A stretch of DNA of 62,286 nucleotides, counting the filler, from Sphacelaria rigidula (lineage: Eukaryota): NCBI GenBank assembly GCA_964200075.2. It is 11 parts of 11 records of this genome, joined end to end, with 100 filler letters (N's around TTAATTAATTAA, not from the genome) between each part and the next. Parts side by side here need not be neighbours in the genome. Positions count along the whole stretch, not along the records: positions 1 to 5,572 come from CAXNAA020026218.1; positions 5,673 to 11,244 come from CAXNAA020026219.1; 9 more parts are not named here. The stretch is one strand, 5' to 3'. Positions 1 through 11,244 of this stretch are shown piece by piece. Within the stretch, counting starts at the first letter, position 1. Every line of letters begins with the position of its first letter. A program made the translations under genes and the position numbers. The notes below the pieces were generated by a model, which saw only the letters and a program-made list of their open reading frames with translations, made no database searches and was not told the DNA's origin.

Positions 1-1105
1 AGTGGGCACAACTCGCGATACATCGTCAGTTAGAACGGGCTGAAGGAAAGTGAGCTTCTTGGGCGGCCCAGCCTGTACTCATTTTTTTTTCCCCACTGTT
101 CGACGCGTACTCCCCCCGACACTGAGTGAATGTCTTCGGGCCATTCAGCAAAGTACGCGCCGTCGACGATTCTCTTGTGCGAACCCTGCGAAAACATTGG
201 GTCAAAAAAACTTCAGTTTTTGCTTGTAACGCTGCTCCGGGGGGTCGATTGTCAATTTATGCCTTCATCAGCTGAACACACACACACACAAACACACGCA
301 GCGAATAATCATTCAACTGCGGTTCCACTATGGACGAGGCAAACACGCACTCAAAACCGCGTCCTTTTACCTTTCCACCCGCGGCCACAGCTTGTTGGGT
401 AGCGTCCTTGAGATCTGCGAGAAACTTCCCCGCTTTACCGACATGGCACAGGGTCACGCACAGGTGCAAGCACGGGGGCGTTTGAAGCGCATTCAAGCTC
501 CAACCTCGACTGCTCATGCCGTCCCCCTGAATGGTTCAAGTGACAAGCATGCGATCACATTCAGCGCATGAACGGGCAAAGAGAGGCGGGTAGCGAAGAT
601 GGGAGGCAGGATTCAGATTCTTCCGTGGTGCTTGAATGCAATTGGTTCTCAGTTGTCACTCCATACTTCCGAGGATTGCCACATACGTGGTTGTGAGCAT
701 TTACTACGCATGTACAGAACACTGTTTCCCCCTACATTCACCAACGCAAGGGCAAATAACATGTGCATTGTTTCGTCTACACCCATCGTAATATTCGATG
801 ACCCCGAGATAGGTAGGATATGACAACTTCCGGACACAACTGGAGCATGATATTTTTCTTGGTGCACATATCACAAATCATATATCGTGATTCGTTACAC
901 GCTGTAAATAGATTATCCCATGCATTATTAGGCCAAATGTCTCGCCGCTCGATACTGAAATCAAGTAAGCAAAATGATCCAACGCTTCATACTGGAACCA
1001 AGTAAGCGTGTAATCCTTCTCGGAACACTAATTTACACTTCCCCAACCACAATCACGCCCAAGTATGCCTAGAGGGCAACTGTTCTTCCACGGAACAGCA
1101 TCTCA

Positions 1106-1582
1106 TATGCCGATACCCGATTTGTTTTGAGAAAAAAAGTCTTGAAAAATTGAACAAGAACTGGCGCATCTCACTGCTGTCCGTGACATAAACTGTTCGC
1201 GGGCAGAGCCCGACTATCACACCCACAGGTACTGTCTTCATGCCTCACTACACGAAAAGGCACAGACAATAGCAATGTACCTTCACGGCGCAGCTCACAT
1301 ATCTCGGCCGTGAGATGTACTGTTGGTGGATACACGGCCAAGGAAAGATCCAACACTGAACTTTCATGCGGAACATGCAGTAGTACCACGTATGCCGATA
1401 CTCGATCTGTTTCGAAAAATTGAACAAGCACTGGCGCATCACAAGATACACTGCCCGATATATACATATTGTTCGCGGAGAGAGCCCGACTATCACACCC
1501 ACAGCTACTGTCTTCACGCTTTCTTCTGCATGCACGAAAAAGCACAGACAATAGCACTGTACTTCCACGGCGCAGCTCACGT
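1106..1582. repeat. Diverged direct duplication (about 195-bp unit, 285-bp spacing)
   Basis: tatgccgata...gaaaaattgaacaag...agagcccgactatcacacccacag...cacggcgcagctcac at ~1106-1300 and ~1391-1582. Confidence 0.8.
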
Positions 1583-2596
1583 TTCCTATCACGTCTTTTT
1601 TTTGCAAGCGCTGGAATCCAACAAAGCGATATTGCACCCTCAGTCATTTATGGAACAATGCCCCATGGATAAAGATTATCTTTTCCGACGGCGAGAGTAC
1701 ATACACACAAATTTGTGCAGTACAAAATCAAGATAAGAGCGGAGCGACTTTCCACCGACATAAGCGGTCGACAACGACTCCTCTGCGACAGAACAGAGAG
1801 TGTTTCGATAATAATTTATGGAACGATCACCCATGAATAACAGGATATTTTCCGATGGTAGCCGGGTTGCCTGCCTGCTAATCTTGATTCGTCCATCTGT
1901 GTGTGTGGTTCGTTTCGCTGTCCGTGTGCATGCCGTGTCGTGTGCTGCGCCCGCGATGTGATGCGCGACAGTGCCACTCAGACTGCGTATGCACTCATGT
2001 TACACTGACTGAACAGGCCGCCAATCCAGCACAAAACTACTAACCGATTGGAGCCGAGTTTTGCTGTGTGTGTACACATTGGTCACCGTTTGCCCACCGA
2101 TTATTTATACCTCACACAATGCCCGCTTACTCCTCCGGGCTTGCACCCCACTGTCCCAAGATGAGCGCTATTATCTTTACTGTCGAGGGCGGTATTTACC
2201 AAACACCTGTTTTTTTGTCATAAATCCATCGCCCCCCTCGCCGCTATCAGCGCTGGGAGGTGTGTCCCCTCACTACAGTCCTGACCGGCGCCCGCCTTCC
2301 TGCGTCCATATTATCGCTCATTCTCCTTTTCATGTGTCACCACTTATCGACACTACACACTTGGCTGGTGGCGTGGCGTGGTGTAGCTAAACTATCCCTC
2401 TACCGCGGGCGATTGTGTACTGCATGTTCCATCATGTTTCATCATCGCTTCGGAGATGAGTACGCCACTGTTACGTTCTCTCCCGTTTCCATCGGAAAGC
2501 GATCTTCAATAATACAAAAAAAATGTGGTGTCTGCAGCGTGTACGGATTTCGAAGCCTTGAACGAACTTGACCAACTTTATCGTCTCTGCATACAT

Positions 2597-2686
2597 GTGA
2601 CCACGGAAGGCGTCCGCATCAGATGCCCAGTACGAATGTACCGCGCAGATATCGGAACGGTTTTTAACAACGACAGCAATAACAAC
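2597..2686 (+). mobile_element. Dispersed retroposon-like 3' tail ending in an (AAC)-rich tract; second copy ~8274-8365 in an SNW1 intron
   Basis: gtgacca.gaaggc.tccgcatcagatgcccagtac..atgtaccgcgcagatatcggaacgg shared between two contigs, each followed by AAC-rich sequence. Confidence 0.7.
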
Positions 2687-3244
2687 ATATATGTAGAACA
2701 AAAAAATTGTACGGCAGTGGCGAAAACGGATCTGTACGCAGATCAGGGGACCTCAGATCGGAAACGCATTGTACGGACCCCAACTTCGGCAAAATCGGAA
2801 AGGCTCAGATTCGTTCGTCACGATTTGAGAACGGTTTTACACGAATCTGAGCGCAGATCCGTGGAAAACCGAGGTCCCCCAAATCTGTAGCAACTGATGT
2901 ACGCATGTTGACCGACAGACAGTGATGCCCGGGCACCAGGCGTTTGGTATTTTTGCAACATCAGCACCAGACAGTCTCGTGACAGCACAGACGGTGCCTG
3001 CGAGCGCCGGCTGCTGCAGCAGCTCCGCACGGGATTTGACAAGCGAATAAGAAGTGTTGACGCGTATCCTGCGGTGGATTTGTAGGATGTGTTCAGCGTA
3101 ACGTTGGATAGCTAACACAGGAACGTAATGTTGGATAGCTGTCTTCAAAACCCGGTCGATGGGTTCAGCGTACCGTGTTCATGATACACTACTGCTGCTG
3201 TTACTCCTGCTGGGTGGTGGTCACTCGCTTGTGCGTGCGTTTGA

Positions 3245-3367
3245 GCGTGTGTGTGTGTGTGTTGTGTGTCTGTGTACTCATACCTCATCCAAGAGCGGTG
3301 GATCGGCAAGGGCCGTTCTTCACAGATGCACATATACTCTTCGGAACTTTCAAATCAAGATAGCTGC

Positions 3368-3406
<39 letters not shown>

Positions 3407-3509
3407 GTGTACTCATACTGTACCCCATCCAAGAGCGATGGACCGGCAAGGGCCGTTCGTCACAGATGCATATATACTCTTCGGCAGTTTAAAATCATGA
3501 TAACTGCGG
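3245..3509 (-). repeat. Two tandem copies of a ~95-bp retroposon-like tail, each ending in (CA)n on the minus strand
   Basis: (GT)n-actcatac...catccaagagcg.tgga.cggcaagggccgttc.tcacagatgca.atatactcttcgg...aaatca.gata.ctgcgg occurs twice. Confidence 0.8.
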
Positions 3510-3751
3510 ACAAACGTCTGTACTGGAAACATTGATACTGCAAGCACACTCAAATGAAGACAATTGCGGATAAACGTTGGCATGTTGACAGTCCACAAAC
3601 ATAAACGTCAGTGGTACCGCCCCTTCCAAACATGAGCGTTTTGCTTTGCTTGTGTATTCACTGAAGACACATTGGTCGACACTGTACACCGTGAACTGCT
3701 TGACATTGTAGTGCATTGTCCAGGGTGTGGATTCTTGATTCTGCGAGTCGT

Positions 3752-4122
3752 TCGCCCCCGTGCCTCAGTCGGTAACCTCGGAATCTTCTGATGGTTGAGT
3801 CGTGGGTTCGAATCTCGGTGCAGTCACACGATCTGGCATTTTTTCTCGCACAATGCCCAACAACAGTGGAGAGCGACTATGTCGTAGGTACACACAAATT
3901 CGACTCTAGAGTCGACGAGAGAAAGAGACTGCTGAATCCCGCTCGCGACAAAAAATAAGGTAAGCACCGCAGAAAGATGGTGAAGTACTAGAAAACTAAA
4001 AAACTTATGTTCGCCGTCCTCCTGTGTGACTCCGGCTGATGTGCCCACATATATACCGGAATGAGTTGTAGACTGCTGGCGTCCAGAATAGATGGGATGA
4101 TCACACACAAACGCACACACAC
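3752..4122 (+). mobile_element. tRNA-derived SINE (pol III head, body, (CA)n tail); partial copies ~4165-4285, ~22460-22515, ~27878-28025
   Basis: A-box-like gtgcctcagtcgg (~3760) and B box ggttcgaatc (~3805); body and 3' part recur on other contigs (agagtgcgactatgtcgt; ggcgtcc.gaatagatggga.ga.cac). Confidence 0.7.
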
Positions 4123-4552
4123 CACTGCTCACCGCCTGACTGATACCGTACGCACCGATGCCCATCGCAAAAGGAAGGTGGGGTACTGAAAACAAAAAGG
4201 AGAACTCCGGGGTTGGCGTTCCTCCTGCGCGGCCCGAGCTGGCGCGCCCACATATGCCCCTACTCTAAGGTAAACTGGCGTCCACCGTCAGTGCGAACAG
4301 GGGATGGTGGATGAAACTGAGCCATGTTTCTGTGGCAGGTTCAACTCCTACACGCAGCTCTACGGAGAATTACATCTCTGCAGATATACATAAGAATAGA
4401 TATACAACACACTGACTGGCTCACCACCATCCCCGCTTATCTGCACCACGTGCATACCGCGCACACTTCTGTGCCCATAACGAAGTAAAAAATATATATT
4501 AGTATAAAAAATCTGTGATCCTCAGCGGTGTGTGCGGTACGAGTTATTAACA

Positions 4553-4646
4553 GCGGGGGGGTTTCTCAAACTCGAGGTTCGCGGGATATTTCACAGTAAT
4601 TTGCAGTCAAATATATCGGGAACCCCGAGTTTGAGATACCTCCTGC
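4553..4646. mobile_element. Short foldback (MITE-like) hairpin
   Basis: gcggggggtttctcaaactcgaggttc...atattt is the imperfect reverse complement of aaatat...gaaccccgagtttgagatacctcctgc. Confidence 0.7.
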
Positions 4647-5572
4647 AACCCCCCCCCACACACCGGAAATTGTCTCAGTCCTACAGGTTCTCAGGTAAGC
4701 TTGAAAGGCACTTGAAGAAAGACGTTCAACCCCGGGATGTGCCAGCGTTGTGGAGGTGTATGTGTAGCGTCTGAATACTGAGGGGCGCCACAAAAACGTT
4801 TAGATATCGAGCGCCGCCTCGGAACAGTTTCACGGGCAATCCACGGACATCCAGACTTTTCCACTCAGCAGAGGCACAACAGCATGCAGGAAACTGTGTT
4901 CAGTGAGCGCGATGGCATGCTGAATGTATCTCGCCGTTATATCCAGCAAAAACAAACAGCACACACACTGACTCTGCAGTTACGTAACCACTGCGAAAGA
5001 AGAAAGTAGGCGTGACCGTTAGGGATGCTAAACGGAGGGGGGTGTCATCCCTCGAAAGGTGTCCGGGCTGTTCGACGATACCTCACCGACCATATACCAC
5101 TCTTTACAGAGGATCCTGAGAAATAGGTTGAATCAAATTGAACATCAAAATGACTTTCAACTCCAATCAGTGCTTTGCTGACCTAAAGTAGTGACATATT
5201 ACTTTCATTTACGGACAACCTCATCCCCTCCGATCTTCCTAAAAAGATTTTGGTGGGTTTTTAGCGTTCCGTTCCCGCAGAGGGCATGTGCGAAGACACA
5301 TTTTTACCTCGATTTTGGGGTGAAAAGGTGGACGCTTTTTCGCCCGATAATGGTTTGTTTGCACAGTCATACCCTGTCGGGGGACGGAAGCTTCGAAACC
5401 CCCCATAAGGGAGATTCGGGGGGGGGCGAGGACGTTTATATGAAAGTCATATGTAATTAGTTTAGGTCGGGAAAGCATTCTTCTGAAGTTGAACCTCATC
5501 TTAACCCTTTTGGGACTGGGCCCCCAGAACGACCAACGAGGCTGGTTAGGAATGACGTGTCCTGCATATGCA

Positions 5573-5672
5573 NNNNNNNNNNNNNNNNNNNNNNNNNNNN
5601 NNNNNNNNNNNNNNNNTTAATTAATTAANNNNNNNNNNNNNNNNNNNNNNNNNNNNNNNNNNNNNNNNNNNN
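5573..5672. other. Artificial contig-joining spacer (N44 + TTAATTAATTAA + N44); identical spacers at 11245-11344, 16917-17016, 22589-22688, 28261-28360, 33932-34031, 39603-39702, 45274-45373, 50945-51044, 56616-56715
   Basis: Identical 100-nt linker with stops in all six frames, separating segments of 5572 bp (x5) then 5571 bp (x6), i.e. length-sorted contigs. Confidence 0.98.
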
Positions 5673-5840
5673 TGTGTACGGCGAGTCGCATGAAGGGCGA
5701 GCTGCACCGTGCTAAGATTGTTCGGCCCGGAGCCTACTGATGACCTTGCATTTGGATGACAGCCAACAATGAGTTGTTTTCATTTTTTGGTGTTGCCACT
5801 TCCAGAGACAGCCACGGCTCATACACTGCCTCATGGGTGG
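5673..5840 (+). mobile_element. Fragment of module A of the G-tract TIR element family (contig start)
   Basis: cggcgagtcgcatgaaggg...gctaagattgttcggcccg...acactgcctcatgggtg matches ~18028-18187 and ~24826-24988. Confidence 0.85.
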
Positions 5841-6171
5841 GAGGGAGACTGTTTTACACATTTTCGGCCGCATCTCACGGAATGCGTCACCGATTTAAAA
5901 TCCGATTGCGCCGAATTTCTCGTCAGATCACGGGCTATCAGGGGGCTGACGGCCGTTTCGGACGATTCAACAATTTTGGTGCAAATCACGGAAGATTTCC
6001 CGTTCGGACAAAAATCCGTTTCTACTCTCGCAAACATGTTCTTGCCATGTGCGTTTTCCGGCGGCCGCAGCGTCTTTTAGACAAGCTCACCCTTTTTGTT
6101 TCAAGGACGGTCAACAAGAGCCGAATTTAGAAAAGCAGTTCTCTGGACGTGACCGCCTTAGAACAAAAATG

Positions 6172-6309
6172 CACACGCTGGACAATAGATTGCATTGCCA
6201 AAAAATGTACTGCGTACAGTACGGGATGTATTGTCGATTGCAATAGACGCAATAGTCGAAACTGTACGCAGTACACTTTTTGGCGATATAATCTGTTGTC
6301 CAGGGTGTG
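6172..6309. mobile_element. 138-bp foldback MITE with perfect 8-bp TSD (hAT- or P-type)
   Basis: Ends cacacgctggacaa...ttgtccagggtgtg with ~50-bp arms; caaaaatg directly repeated at 6164-6171 and 6310-6317. Confidence 0.88.
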
Positions 6310-7539
6310 CAAAAATGCAAGTTTGGTTAAAGACATATGCTGTCATCGAAACCGCAAAAGCGCCCTGAGACCGTCTCATCGAGTAGAGCAAGTCATCTCA
6401 AGGTGTCAAAACCAGCCTACTGGACCTCTTTTGGGCGTGAAACGACGCAGAAATACAAAAAAAACAGTTTCACAGGATTTTTTTGTTTGCCATAAGAAGC
6501 GGCCTGTAGATGAGCGAGGCCACAGTTCACGGCCGGAGATTACACACGCATTGTGAAACAAATACATTATTATGCTTTCAGAGGTTCCCGCGATGGTTTG
6601 GAAGCGATCCCGACCGAGTTGCTTGCGCACGGCGGGGAACCGGCAACGGTTCATCGTGATAATGTGAAATACCTGTTCCTTGCGTCTGGTGCCCGTGGAT
6701 GTCGCTTCCGGGGGGAGGGGGGGGGGGGAGACAGGTAGGAGGTAATGAAATGTAAGGTGATGTATTGGTAACTGTAGTCTTCAGTTTCGATGTTGCCACT
6801 ACAAAGTTGGTTGCACGTCTCTAGATAAAACCTGTCACCCGCGTCACAATGAAGCACACAGAAAACATGCAAGACACAGTTCAATAGTTTCGTGCGCAAC
6901 GCACCGACACTTTCTACTACCCACACACGTTATATTCCCGCACAGCCACTATTGCGATTCCATCAGCCCCTCCCCCCCGTCACGAGAATGATTTGACCCC
7001 TCCTTCGTTTCCCTCGCCCTCAACCCTTAGTGCTGCATAGCGGGAAGAGGTTTCTTCGGGTTACCGATAGGATTCTTGTGGCCATGGTGAAGCGGGAGTG
7101 GTCTGGCCTATACCCCCTTTGGGGTTGATACGTCGCCAGAGGGTTTTGTTTGCCTCGGAACCCCGTCTGGCCAGGCCCAGCTAGGGCTGTAGGGGTAAGA
7201 AACGCATGGTCTTTGGCGAACGCCAAGGAGTGAAATGGGGGCACGCGGACGAACCCTGGATGATGTGAATCAGAGAGCGGAGTATCTAAACACTCTCTCA
7301 CACACAAGAAAAAAAAGTCGAGAGACGACCGACCACCAAAGGCACATCAGCGGATCTCGGCATGGGAGAGGATGCTTGTCGAACCTTCCATTATTTCACG
7401 GTTCGGATTATTCATCGCCGGTTCGAATCACAAAATCCACGATTTTTCAGGCCTCACTACTCAAAAGAGAGAAAAAAGTTGGCCGCTGGTCAAAGAGGTC
7501 GTGACGCAATTTTTGCACCATTCCACGTTCCCGGGCTGC

Positions 7540-7654
7540 GCGTACCTGGGTTTCAACGCTAAAACCAAGGTCTAAGGATTGATTCGTACGGTACGAATCA
7601 ACTACACTAAAATCAAGTAATTTCCAGACGAATCATGAATTCGTCCGACCCTTG
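7540..7654. mobile_element. Terminus of a dispersed element ending ...gtccgacccttg; copies 11345-11452 and 22518-22588 (inverted)
   Basis: actaaaa.caagtaattt.c.gacgaatcatga.tt.gtccgacccttg shared by three contigs with the same end point. Confidence 0.75.
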
Positions 7655-7777
7655 CATTCTTTGTAGATAAACGCAGCGCATGTACTAGCCGCGTGCGTCC
7701 CAACTACCGCACACTGCAACAAATCTCTCACAGCCCATGTTCACAAAAGGTCGCGAGAACGGCGCTTTCTGTCTCAC

Positions 7778-7887
7778 CTTCCGTCGGCCGCGAGTCGCTT
7801 GTCCAGGGGGATCGTGTAACCGCGGGCGTTCTTCCAGTTCGAAACGCACGGCGGTATTTTCCACGCTTGTTGGTCCTGGACCGTCAC
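7778..7887 (-). CDS. SNW1: SNW1/SKIP (Prp45) splicing factor exon containing the SNW motif
   Basis: VTVQDQQAWKIPPCVSNWKNARGYTIPLDKRLAADG is the SKIP/SNW signature; AG acceptor and GT donor present. Confidence 0.96.
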
Positions 7888-8661
7888 CTGTGAATTTCCG
7901 TCACCAATGCGGCGCGGCGCATTGGGTAACAACAACAACACACACATACACACACGCAGCACACACGAAGGACAATAGTACCGTGTCGACACCGGCAGGG
8001 GCAATGAGAGCAAAACACACGAAACAAGTCAACGCTACGAAGGATGATGGGGTGTTTGTTCATCTGCTTGTTTGTTTGTTGAATTGATTGATTGGTTGAA
8101 TTGTTTGGTTGGATGCTTGATTTGCTGATTGACATGTCTTCCTTCTCGATTACGGAGTGTTTATCCCTGTTTTGCTTGTGTCACGTTTTGTGAGTTTTTA
8201 TTTTATCTAGGTCTATTTTGTTCTTGTCTTGTTTCGTTCGATTTCCTCATGCCGTATTATAGGTAGCTAGCCTGTGACCAAGAAAGGCATCCGCATCAGA
8301 TGCCCAGTACATATGTACCGCGCAGATATCGGAACGGCTTTTCATGTGAAGACAACAGCAACAATACGTCGCACGTAAACTGAGCCGACACGAATACAAC
8401 CGCGGCTACGGAATAGAGACGTAGTAAGCACTCAACAATAGCCAAAAACTGGCTTGTGAAGAAAAAAGACAACAAGACGAAAAACTGCTGCTGACAATAC
8501 GCACGGGAAAGCGAAACAACGCGCAGCCGACCGCAGAAGCGTTGCTACTACACCAAATGCAACACATAGAGCGCTTTGCTGCAACCTCCCACAGCCGTTC
8601 CTGAATCACTGCAACACAGCACCTGGCGAAGCCGCCGAGCACGAATCCCCTTGTTTCTCAC

Positions 8662-8757
8662 CTTTCTCGGCGGGGAGTGCAACACGGGCACGGGATCGTC
8701 CGCAGGGGCCCGTGGGACCTTCTTGTGCTTATGCTTCGGGGGTTCCATGGGGTCCAC
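8662..8757 (-). CDS. SNW1: SNW1/SKIP exon (Pro-rich region)
   Basis: VDPMEPPKHKHKKVPRAPADDPVPVLHSPPRK fits the conserved DPMEPP...P.P..HSP.RK; phase-0 AG/GT ends. Confidence 0.94.
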
Positions 8758-9101
8758 CTAGAAATCACACAGCAGGCATGTCGAGGACGGTGAGGGTTGA
8801 GCGATGGGGAGGGGGGGGAGGGGGGGGGGGAGATCACTTTTGATCTTGTCCGGAAGCTGCATGGATTATGAATTCACGGAGAAAGTGACGAAGACGTAAA
8901 TTTTCCTCGAGACGTTTCGTTGTGATGTCCTCAGGCGCAAAAATAGCCTTCGATTTCCTGGTGAGTACGTGCAACCAACCAACAACCGTCTTTTGTTTCT
9001 CTTACTCGTCTCGAATGAATGGATGATGAATGATGAGTGCCCGTTCAATTGGCGGGAAGGCCATCAAGGGCGTTTACTACGGGACATCAGGAAGCTACAC
9101 A

Positions 9102-9292
9102 ATGTTGTTGTTGTTGTTGCTGGTGGTGGTCGTGCTACTGTTCTTGCTATGACTATTATTGCTATTGTTGTTATATTGTTACTACAATTATAATTATTTC
9201 ATCATTATTGTCATTTCTATTTATTATCAGCGTATATTCTTCCTCTTCTTCTTAGTACTAGTACTAGTAGCAATACTAGTAGGCGTCGTCGT
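9102..9292. repeat. Degenerate trinucleotide low-complexity tract (GTT/ATT/AGT) in an SNW1 intron
   Basis: Direct inspection. Confidence 0.8.
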
Positions 9293-9495
9293 ATTTCCGC
9301 ATGTTAGTCCGAATCGTTCGAAACCGTGGTCACCGTCAAAAATCAAACATCAAAACTACGACCGGTAGGCATACAATACTCCATTGCACACGCACAATGC
9401 ACACAACGCGATAAAACGCGTAAGCACCACAAAAAGCGAAAAGAGGGAAAACGAGTGCCACCGCGGTGCGGAACCAGCACTATACAAACCCACAC

Positions 9496-9648
9496 CTGCG
9501 CGGCAACCATGCGCACGACCCTCTGCTTGGCGTTGGTGGTGTAGCCGGGTGCGTTGGGGTTGGGAGTGTACTTGATGAACTCCGGCTCTTTTCTTGTCTG
9601 ATCTCCGATCGAGCCGGGGGTGGCCGAGGTCACCTTGGCTCCGATAAG
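9496..9648 (-). CDS. SNW1: SNW1/SKIP exon
   Basis: LIGAKVTSATPG...EFIKYTPNPNAPGYTTNAKQRVVRMVAAQ fits the conserved YIRYTP...AKQRVIRMV; phase-0 AG/GT ends. Confidence 0.93.
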
Positions 9649-10379
9649 CTGTACATCGAAAACATAAGCACGACGGGGTGGCGGTAATGACGCGGTGACG
9701 GGGGATAAGGGATACACTAAACACACAAGAGGCTACAACACGAGAAGTATGGGACACTGGAATATGACCCAACAGAGGCAACTCACGAATTTGATTCTGA
9801 AATGGAAGAAAACATAAAAGATGGAAACGATACGGCCGTTGTCCGCCAGAAACAGAAGCCCCACTCGTAAAGTTTCCAACCAATCAAGGGCCGTTCACAT
9901 TTTGCTTTTTCGCGGGATGGGGAAAAATAAAGGGGGGGGGGGGGGGGGGGGGGATGGGTACCCGGGGAAAAAGGGGGGGGGTTTTGGGAAGAAAATACTT
10001 TTGAACCATTTCCAGCGCTGCCCACCACGGATGAAAAGTTATCGATCTACTCTGTGCCCCTGTGTGGGGTCTACTCCAGCGTGGCATGCTTGACCTCACC
10101 GGCTGCATACAATTGTCCCACCCACAAGCACAATTTGCAACACGGGCCACACGATCTGGTGTGCTGTCTTCTTCGCTGGCAGGGGATCGTGGTTATCGAA
10201 AACAACAGGGACACGCCACAATGCAGGCGAGCAACTTGTTTCGACACACGGCGAGCGGGAAAGAGACACACGAAACAGACGAGTGGCGAAACTGTAACAG
10301 ATTGGAGCAACGACACAACGAGGCAACGAGATACGGGATGAGAGACGCGAAGACACAAGTCGACGCAGAGCGTGCGCAC

Positions 10380-10544
10380 CTTCTCGAACGCCTGTCTGGT
10401 ACGCTCCGCCGTCAATGCCGCCTCATCGGCGGTAGGGGTCATGAGCTTCCCCGCGTCCCCGCGCTTTTCCTTGACGTTGGACAGCTGCGAGTACACGATC
10501 TTGTCTCTGTTGGTGCCTTGCTTGACGATGGCATCATGCTTCAC
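10380..10544 (-). CDS. SNW1: SNW1/SKIP exon (most 5' exon found on this contig)
   Basis: VKHDAIVKQGTNRDKIVYSQ...TAERTRQAFEK fits the SKIP motifs KYDAIARQG...KVIYS...TEKTR.ALEK; in phase with the next exon. Confidence 0.9.
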
Positions 10545-11075
10545 CTGCCCATGCAGTAGTCAGAGGTCAGGGGTCGGGGAGCGAAAAGTCACCCGTCCAT
10601 TATGCTTGCATACTTGGATCTCGTGTCAATGTTTGCGACTCCATGTAGTAGTATGTAAGGATCTTGTGCGGTGCAAGCTCATCACAGACAGTACAACACG
10701 TCACAGGAAAACTAAAGTCAAGGTTGTGTTCTGTAGTGACTTATCGTACCCGGGGGCAGTGGGGGATTTTTGGTTGTCATACTGAACCGCACCTGATCGT
10801 GTACCGAACACACCGGTATGGTTCAGCAAGGTATCAAGCCTTGTCCCGAACAATCCGGTCAGGTTGGGAAGAGTATTCAACGATAAAACATATCTTTTAT
10901 ACTTACGAAAATTACCGAATTATAGGCGGCGTACCCTACAGGACACCACCTTGCAAACTTCAACGCCACGTGATTTCACCAAAAACCCGCACCGGGGAGA
11001 CTTGACCCCAACATTCACACCTGAGCCTGGACTCTCCCCCCAAATACACCTATACCTGAAAATGAGGGTAGAGGA

Positions 11076-11244
11076 AGGGGGGGGTTTACTCATGATCATG
11101 CATGCCACAGTCAATAGACCATTGACCTCGCATCCCTACAAACCCGGGACGGAGCACGCCGGGTTTTCGCCGCTCCAGGCTCGCGCTGAACCACCAAGAG
11201 CCCAGCGGCGTGGAGTGGTCGGCGAGTCGCATGAACGGTGCGCT
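11076..11244 (+). mobile_element. G-tract plus head of module A (contig end)
   Basis: ggggggggtttactcatgatcatgcatgccacagtcaatagaccattgacctcgcatccctacaaa...cggagcacgccgggttttc. Confidence 0.85.

Noticed and set aside
5502..5540. piggyBac-like TTAA-CCC termini (also ~18860-18879, ~56839, ~58679)
   Set aside because: Only single ends; no paired TIR or transposase found, so not called
6580..6680. LINE RT fragment (DGLEAIPTELLAHGGE resembling DGIPAELLKHGG)
   Set aside because: Too short and no neighbouring RT motifs
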